DNA from: an uncultured Acidobacteriota bacterium | GTDB lineage: Bacteria > Acidobacteriota > Blastocatellia > RBC074 | NCBI GenBank assembly: GCA_963796275.1 | Contig: CAWCKY010000006.1 | Span: 1,322,828-1,386,827 of the forward strand | Reading direction: 5' to 3' | DNA length: 64,000 nt | Shown here: positions 61,612 through 64,000 of the stretch, piece by piece | Position numbering within the stretch: the stretch's first letter is position 1 | Layout: each line of letters begins with the position of its first letter | Notes under the pieces: model-generated | What the model saw: only the letters and a program-made list of their open reading frames with translations | What the model was told of the DNA's origin: nothing | Database searches by the model: none | Program-made: the position numbers and the translations under genes

Positions 61612-61648
61612 TCAATATTTCAAGGCTTCGTGCTCCTTGAAATATTGA
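61612..61648. promoter_or_regulatory. perfect 14-bp-arm palindrome upstream of the inositol-3-phosphate synthase gene
   Basis: TCAATATTTCAAGG cttcgtgct CCTTGAAATATTGA, followed on the plus strand by TTTTGTTT. Confidence 0.5.
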
Positions 61649-62007
61649 TTTTGTTTGACAGGATCTATAAAACGGGATTTATAGGAATATTTATAGATAT
61701 AATACATTGAACAAATATTGAGAAAATCTGTAACGCCTCTATAAACGCCTAAATCCTGCCTAAATTGTCATTTACTCAGGGCCATTCCAGTTGGTATGGA
61801 TGATTCCTGAGGTTGAGAATGTTAAGCAGATTAGCGGTGGGCTAAAAAAATGTCTTGCGTGATCTTGCCGAATATTGTCGCTGATTTGCTTTCGGCTTCT
61901 TGCAATCGGCATGCGAACCGGTAAAATAACCGCTCAGTCATCCAAGTGGCTGAGATCATAGATTCATCCGAGAAATCGCGATCAGAATCGAGGAAGGAGA
62001 AGCTGTA

Positions 62008-62268
62008 ATGGCTGTCTATATTATTTGTGAACCATGCATCGGCACAAAAGATACCGCGTGCGTTGACGTTTGCCCGGTAGACTGCATTCATCCGCGCAAG
62101 GATGAGCCGGATTTCGAATCGATAAATCACCTCTATATCAATCCGGATGAGTGCATCGATTGCGGCGCGTGTCAGCCCGCATGTCCAGTTGAAGCGATTT
62201 ATCGCGATGAAGACGTGCCCGAGCAGTGGCGGAATTATATTCAGATCAACGCCGATCACTTTAAATAG
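62008..62268 (+). CDS. ferredoxin (2x[4Fe-4S]/7Fe type)
   Basis: It has CEPCIGTKDTACVDVCPVDCI and CIDCGACQPACPVEAI cysteine clusters. A GGAAGGAG RBS is present. Confidence 0.9.
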   Translation: MAVYIICEPCIGTKDTACVDVCPVDCIHPRKDEPDFESINHLYINPDECIDCGACQPACPVEAIYRDEDVPEQWRNYIQINADHFK

Positions 62269-62288
62269 TGATCATTTATTTAAGCCAG

Positions 62289-62350
62289 AAAAAAGGCAAA
62301 AAGGGCAAGAGGCTGAATAATCGCCTTTTGCTCCTTTTTGCCCTTTTTAT
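62289..62350. terminator. imperfect A/G-rich versus T/C-rich hairpin with flanking T-runs on both strands (bidirectional terminator)
   Basis: AAAAAAGGCAAAAAGGGCAAGAGGC ... GCCTTTTGCTCCTTTTTGCCCTTTTTAT lies between convergent genes. Confidence 0.65.
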
Positions 62351-62368
62351 TTCCGGCCTTGACGTCGA

Positions 62369-63952
62369 TCAGGGCTTTGATGATTTTTCCGTCTGAATCG
62401 GATCCTTCAACTTCTCTTTCTCGGCCTCGACATTGAAACGTTTATAATTGCCGTAATCGATCGCCACATTGAAGTCGATGCCTTTCACGAGGAAGACTTT
62501 GATGCCTAAATTGAGGTCCGCCCGGGTCGGCAGCCATATTTCGTCGTTAACGCGGTCCTGTTCGATCACAAACGATCCACCCTCTTTCAGCGAGGCGACC
62601 AATCCGCCGCCTATTTTGTACGGCTCGACCAGACGCGCTTCGACGCGCGCGACCTGTTTGCCCTCCACATCGACCCAGAGTGCGCCCGCCATCTTGCCGA
62701 AAATCTTTTCGTAGTCTTTCTGCGGTTTGTATCCGGGCAACGGCTCGTAATCGAAAACGATCACATCGCGGTTCCGGTAACGTTCGCGCCGCGGATTGAC
62801 CAGCTTCGACGCACGCAATACGTCCGCGATTGAAGGACGGCGGTTGCGATCGAATTCTTCATCCTCGGGATTTTCCGCTGAGGAGGCTTGAGCCTTCTTC
62901 TTCTCCTTCTCGGCTTCCTTCTTCTCGATTTCACGGATCCGTTTTTCGACGCGTTTATTCTCGTCGGCTACCTCATCGGGCGTCAGCTGTTTTCCGTTCT
63001 TCGCGATAATCCGTCGAATACGGTTCCCTTTGTAGAACGTCAATTCACGAGTTTCGGTCTCCTTCTCGCGCAGCTGACCCTTCGAATCGAGCGATCGCTT
63101 CGTGACATTCTCCGTGTATGTATAGTTCTCGAGAATCCGTTCAATCTCATCCTCATTCTGCCCGACCTCTTTGATCAGTGCCTGAATGTCGGGCAGCGGC
63201 TCGCTCGAAACTTGCGGGAAGTCGAACATCGAGCGGTTGAGATTGGCGTTGTGTTCGATCTGATCGAGTTTGATCTCGTATGCGTCTTCGCCTAAAGCTA
63301 CCGAAATCGCATACGGCTCCATCACTCCGTCAACGGAACGGTAATCGGAGTAATCGCATGTCCTGATTAACTCGCCGGCCGGAATCTCATCTCGCATCAG
63401 GAGCCCGGATGCTGCATCGAAATGCATTTTGATCTTCACATTTTTGACAGTCGTCAAAATAAGAGAATTCGCGGTTTTCCCGTTGATCTCCGTCTTACCC
63501 GCAAAAGTGAGTTTCGATTTATCCTTTTTGTAATCTAGCCAGAGATTATTCCGCCATCTCGCTTCCGCTTGAAAATCGCGGCTGTCCGCGCCGGTCAGAG
63601 TTCTCAGGCCGTCGCGCGAATCGCGCACCCACGCCGATTTGCCGTTGTACCCTGAGCTGATTTCCAGACCGCGAATGTCATAGGCGTTGGTATAGAGATT
63701 CGGTCGCAACGATGCGGCTTGAAAGCCGCCGCTTTCTCCACTCCTGGAGTTCACGATCCTGCCTTTGGCTTGCCGCGATTTGATGCTCCTTTGCGCTTTT
63801 TCACCGCCCATCGCTTTCGCGGCCTGTTTGACGATTTTGTCGGCTGACTGGGCCGATGCTGTGATCGCGCTCAAGATAAAAATTGCCAAACAAAAGATCG
63901 CAATTGAGAATGGGTTCGGGGTGATTGCACAAAGGGTTCGGAATTGCCTCAT
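62369..63952 (-). CDS. secreted hypothetical protein with a central K/E-rich coiled-coil-like segment
   Basis: 527 aa. The signal peptide is ...ILSAITASAQS. The middle contains a KRVEKRIREIEKKEAEKEKKKAQ stretch. The beta-rich flanks are reminiscent of LolA-like folds; this is a weak call made by eye. Confidence 0.6.
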   Translation of the reverse strand: MRQFRTLCAITPNPFSIAIFCLAIFILSAITASAQSADKIVKQAAKAMGGEKAQRSIKSRQAKGRIVNSRSGESGGFQAASLRPNLYTNAYDIRGLEISSGYNGKSAWVRDSRDGLRTLTGADSRDFQAEARWRNNLWLDYKKDKSKLTFAGKTEINGKTANSLILTTVKNVKIKMHFDAASGLLMRDEIPAGELIRTCDYSDYRSVDGVMEPYAISVALGEDAYEIKLDQIEHNANLNRSMFDFPQVSSEPLPDIQALIKEVGQNEDEIERILENYTYTENVTKRSLDSKGQLREKETETRELTFYKGNRIRRIIAKNGKQLTPDEVADENKRVEKRIREIEKKEAEKEKKKAQASSAENPEDEEFDRNRRPSIADVLRASKLVNPRRERYRNRDVIVFDYEPLPGYKPQKDYEKIFGKMAGALWVDVEGKQVARVEARLVEPYKIGGGLVASLKEGGSFVIEQDRVNDEIWLPTRADLNLGIKVFLVKGIDFNVAIDYGNYKRFNVEAEKEKLKDPIQTEKSSKP

Positions 63953-64000
63953 CGATTACTCCTGCTTAATTGCTTTGTTACCAGGGGGCTAAAAGTATAC

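Overview
The window holds about 50 protein-coding genes from a moderately GC-rich bacterial chromosome. The gene content looks Acidobacteria-like, which is inference only. The supporting genes are two ~1150-1230-aa CarboxypepD_reg-type TonB-dependent receptors, DUF1501, DUF4159, ribosomal protein THX, and many Sec/Tat-exported hydrolases. Most genes are ordinary metabolism or envelope functions: pgi, fumC, thrC, rnhA, inositol-3-phosphate synthase, ferredoxin, GH29 fucosidase, an APC permease, an RND pump, and a canonical OmpR-type two-component system. I recognised no rRNA, tRNA, CRISPR array, integrase or transposase. I cannot point with confidence to a clearly new multi-gene system. The best candidates and other notable points are below.

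1. A Hen1-Pnkp RNA-repair cassette sits back-to-back with a Mesh1-type alarmone hydrolase plus RNase HI operon.
2. An uncharacterised pair at the left edge consists of a histidine-kinase-like protein and a receiver-like 664-aa protein, translationally coupled to an exported amidohydrolase. The module is cut by the window edge.
3. A regulatory locus combines a two-component system, an ATPase-dead sigma54-activator-like protein, a helically phased TTTAC repeat array and a secreted metzincin.
4. A genome-specific style of intergenic hairpins and inverted repeats is built from ~7-nt tandem units, alongside a dispersed CTCCGGAG repeat family.
5. At least nine single-nucleotide indels break or scramble seven otherwise well-conserved genes, including a triple compensated shift inside thrC. 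This most likely reflects insertion-biased assembly error and should be resolved before any pseudogene claim.
6. A 42-aa ribosomal protein THX gene is missing from the ORF track.

All similarity statements come from reading the translations by eye; no searches were run.
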